From: Octopus sinensis
Taxonomy: Eukaryota
DNA: 64,000 bases
Reading direction: 5' to 3'
Assembly (NCBI RefSeq): GCF_006345805.1
Contig: NC_043011.1
Span: forward strand, 33,430,464-33,494,463
In this document: positions 63,001-64,000 of the stretch, piece after piece
Layout of the letters: the number at the start of each line of letters is the position of its first letter
How positions within the stretch are numbered: position 1 is the stretch's first letter
Program-made: the position numbers and the translations under genes
The notes under the pieces: generated by a model
Database searches by the model: none
Told to the model about the DNA's origin: nothing
Seen by the model: only the letters and a program-made list of their open reading frames with translations

Positions 63001-63850
63001 ATAAACGCGGCGAGCGGGCAGAATCGTTAGCACGCCGGGCGAAATGCGTAGCCGTATTTCGTCTGCCGCTACGTTCTGAGTTCAAATTCCGCCGAGGTCG
63101 ACTTTGCCTTTCATCCTTTCGGGGTCGATTAAATAAGTACCAGTTAGGCACTGGGGTCGATACAATCGACTTAATCCGTTTGTCTGTCCTTGTTTGTCCT
63201 CTCTGTGTTCAGCCCATTGTGGTTAGTAAAGAAATAGGTATTTCGTCTGTCGCTACGATCTGAGTTCAAATTCCGCCGAGGTCGACTTTGCCTTTCATCC
63301 TTTCGGAGTCGATAAAGTAAATACCAGTTGAACACCGGGGTCGATGTAATCGACTAATCCCCTCCCACCAAATTTCAGGCTTCGTACCTTTATTATTATT
63401 ATTATTACTATTTAAGAAAGCGACGAGCTGGCAGAATCGTTAGCACGCTGGACAAAATGCTTAACGGCGTTTCGTTCGTCTTTATGTTCTAAATTCAAAT
63501 TCTGCCGAGGTCGACTTTACCTTTCATCCTTTAGGGAGGTCGATAAATTAAGTCCTGAGGTCGACGTAATCGACTGCTCTCCTCCCCCAAAATTTCAGGC
63601 TTTTCATTGTTATTAAAGAAATCATTAAGACTGAAATGACAGGATTGTAGCTTTTAGAACAAATGTCTAACGACTTTTCTTCCAGTTGTTTACGTTGTCA
63701 AGTTCAATTGCCACCGAAGTTGACTTCGCCCTTTATCATTCTTTCGGGGTCGAGAAAATGAGTACCAGTTGAGCACTGAGATCGGTGTAATCGACTTCCC
63801 TGTCCTTTAAAAATTGCTGGCTTTGACCAAAATTGGAAACCATTATTTTA
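62870..63850 (+). mobile_element. Cluster of SINE-B copies including a dimer (63005-63405)
   Basis: Four to five cores; dimer junction aaagaaata|ggtatttcg at about 63236. Confidence 0.85.
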
Positions 63851-64000
63851 CGTAGTAGTGGTGGTTTCTGTTCGAGTTAGAAATGTTCACCTCGGCGCTG
63901 CAGTTTTGAATTACTAAACGTGTTTTAAAGAGTTGGTAAAGTTTGTACTCTTATTTCATGACGATAACATAACGGAAATATTTATTAATTTTTTCTGCCT

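Overview
AT-rich, repeat-dense eukaryotic DNA. The SINE families look like those I recall from octopus genomes, so a cephalopod source is inferred, not proven. One intact host CDS is supported: a single-exon BTB-BACK (BTBD17-like) gene at 12750-14003 (+) that starts exactly at a splice acceptor. The rest is mostly mobile DNA. This includes at least four tRNA-SINE/short-retroposon families; decayed LINEs (Jockey/CR1-group, CR1, R4/Dong-type RLE, two Tx1-like 3' ends, an RTE-like 5' UTR); a TSD-flanked ORF1-only retroelement; maT (DD37D), mariner (DD34D) and Tigger/pogo remnants; non-autonomous Helitrons; and several foldback MITEs. Two large low-complexity arrays are present: 38.5-41.9 kb (A4T4CG modules plus a 32-bp unit) and 49.7-53.7 kb (GA-rich). 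Best leads: (1) a 131-bp palindrome made of two inverted type I hammerhead-like motifs; (2) a 1.9-kb ORF1-only element inserted in a SINE head with a 9-bp TSD; (3) a Tx1-like element splitting a (TC)n-type satellite, as Kibi does; (4) the A4T4 modular array between duplicated Tigger ends; (5) recurrent SINE-into-SINE insertion at one site. All calls were read by eye, no searches were run, and boundaries of decayed elements are approximate.
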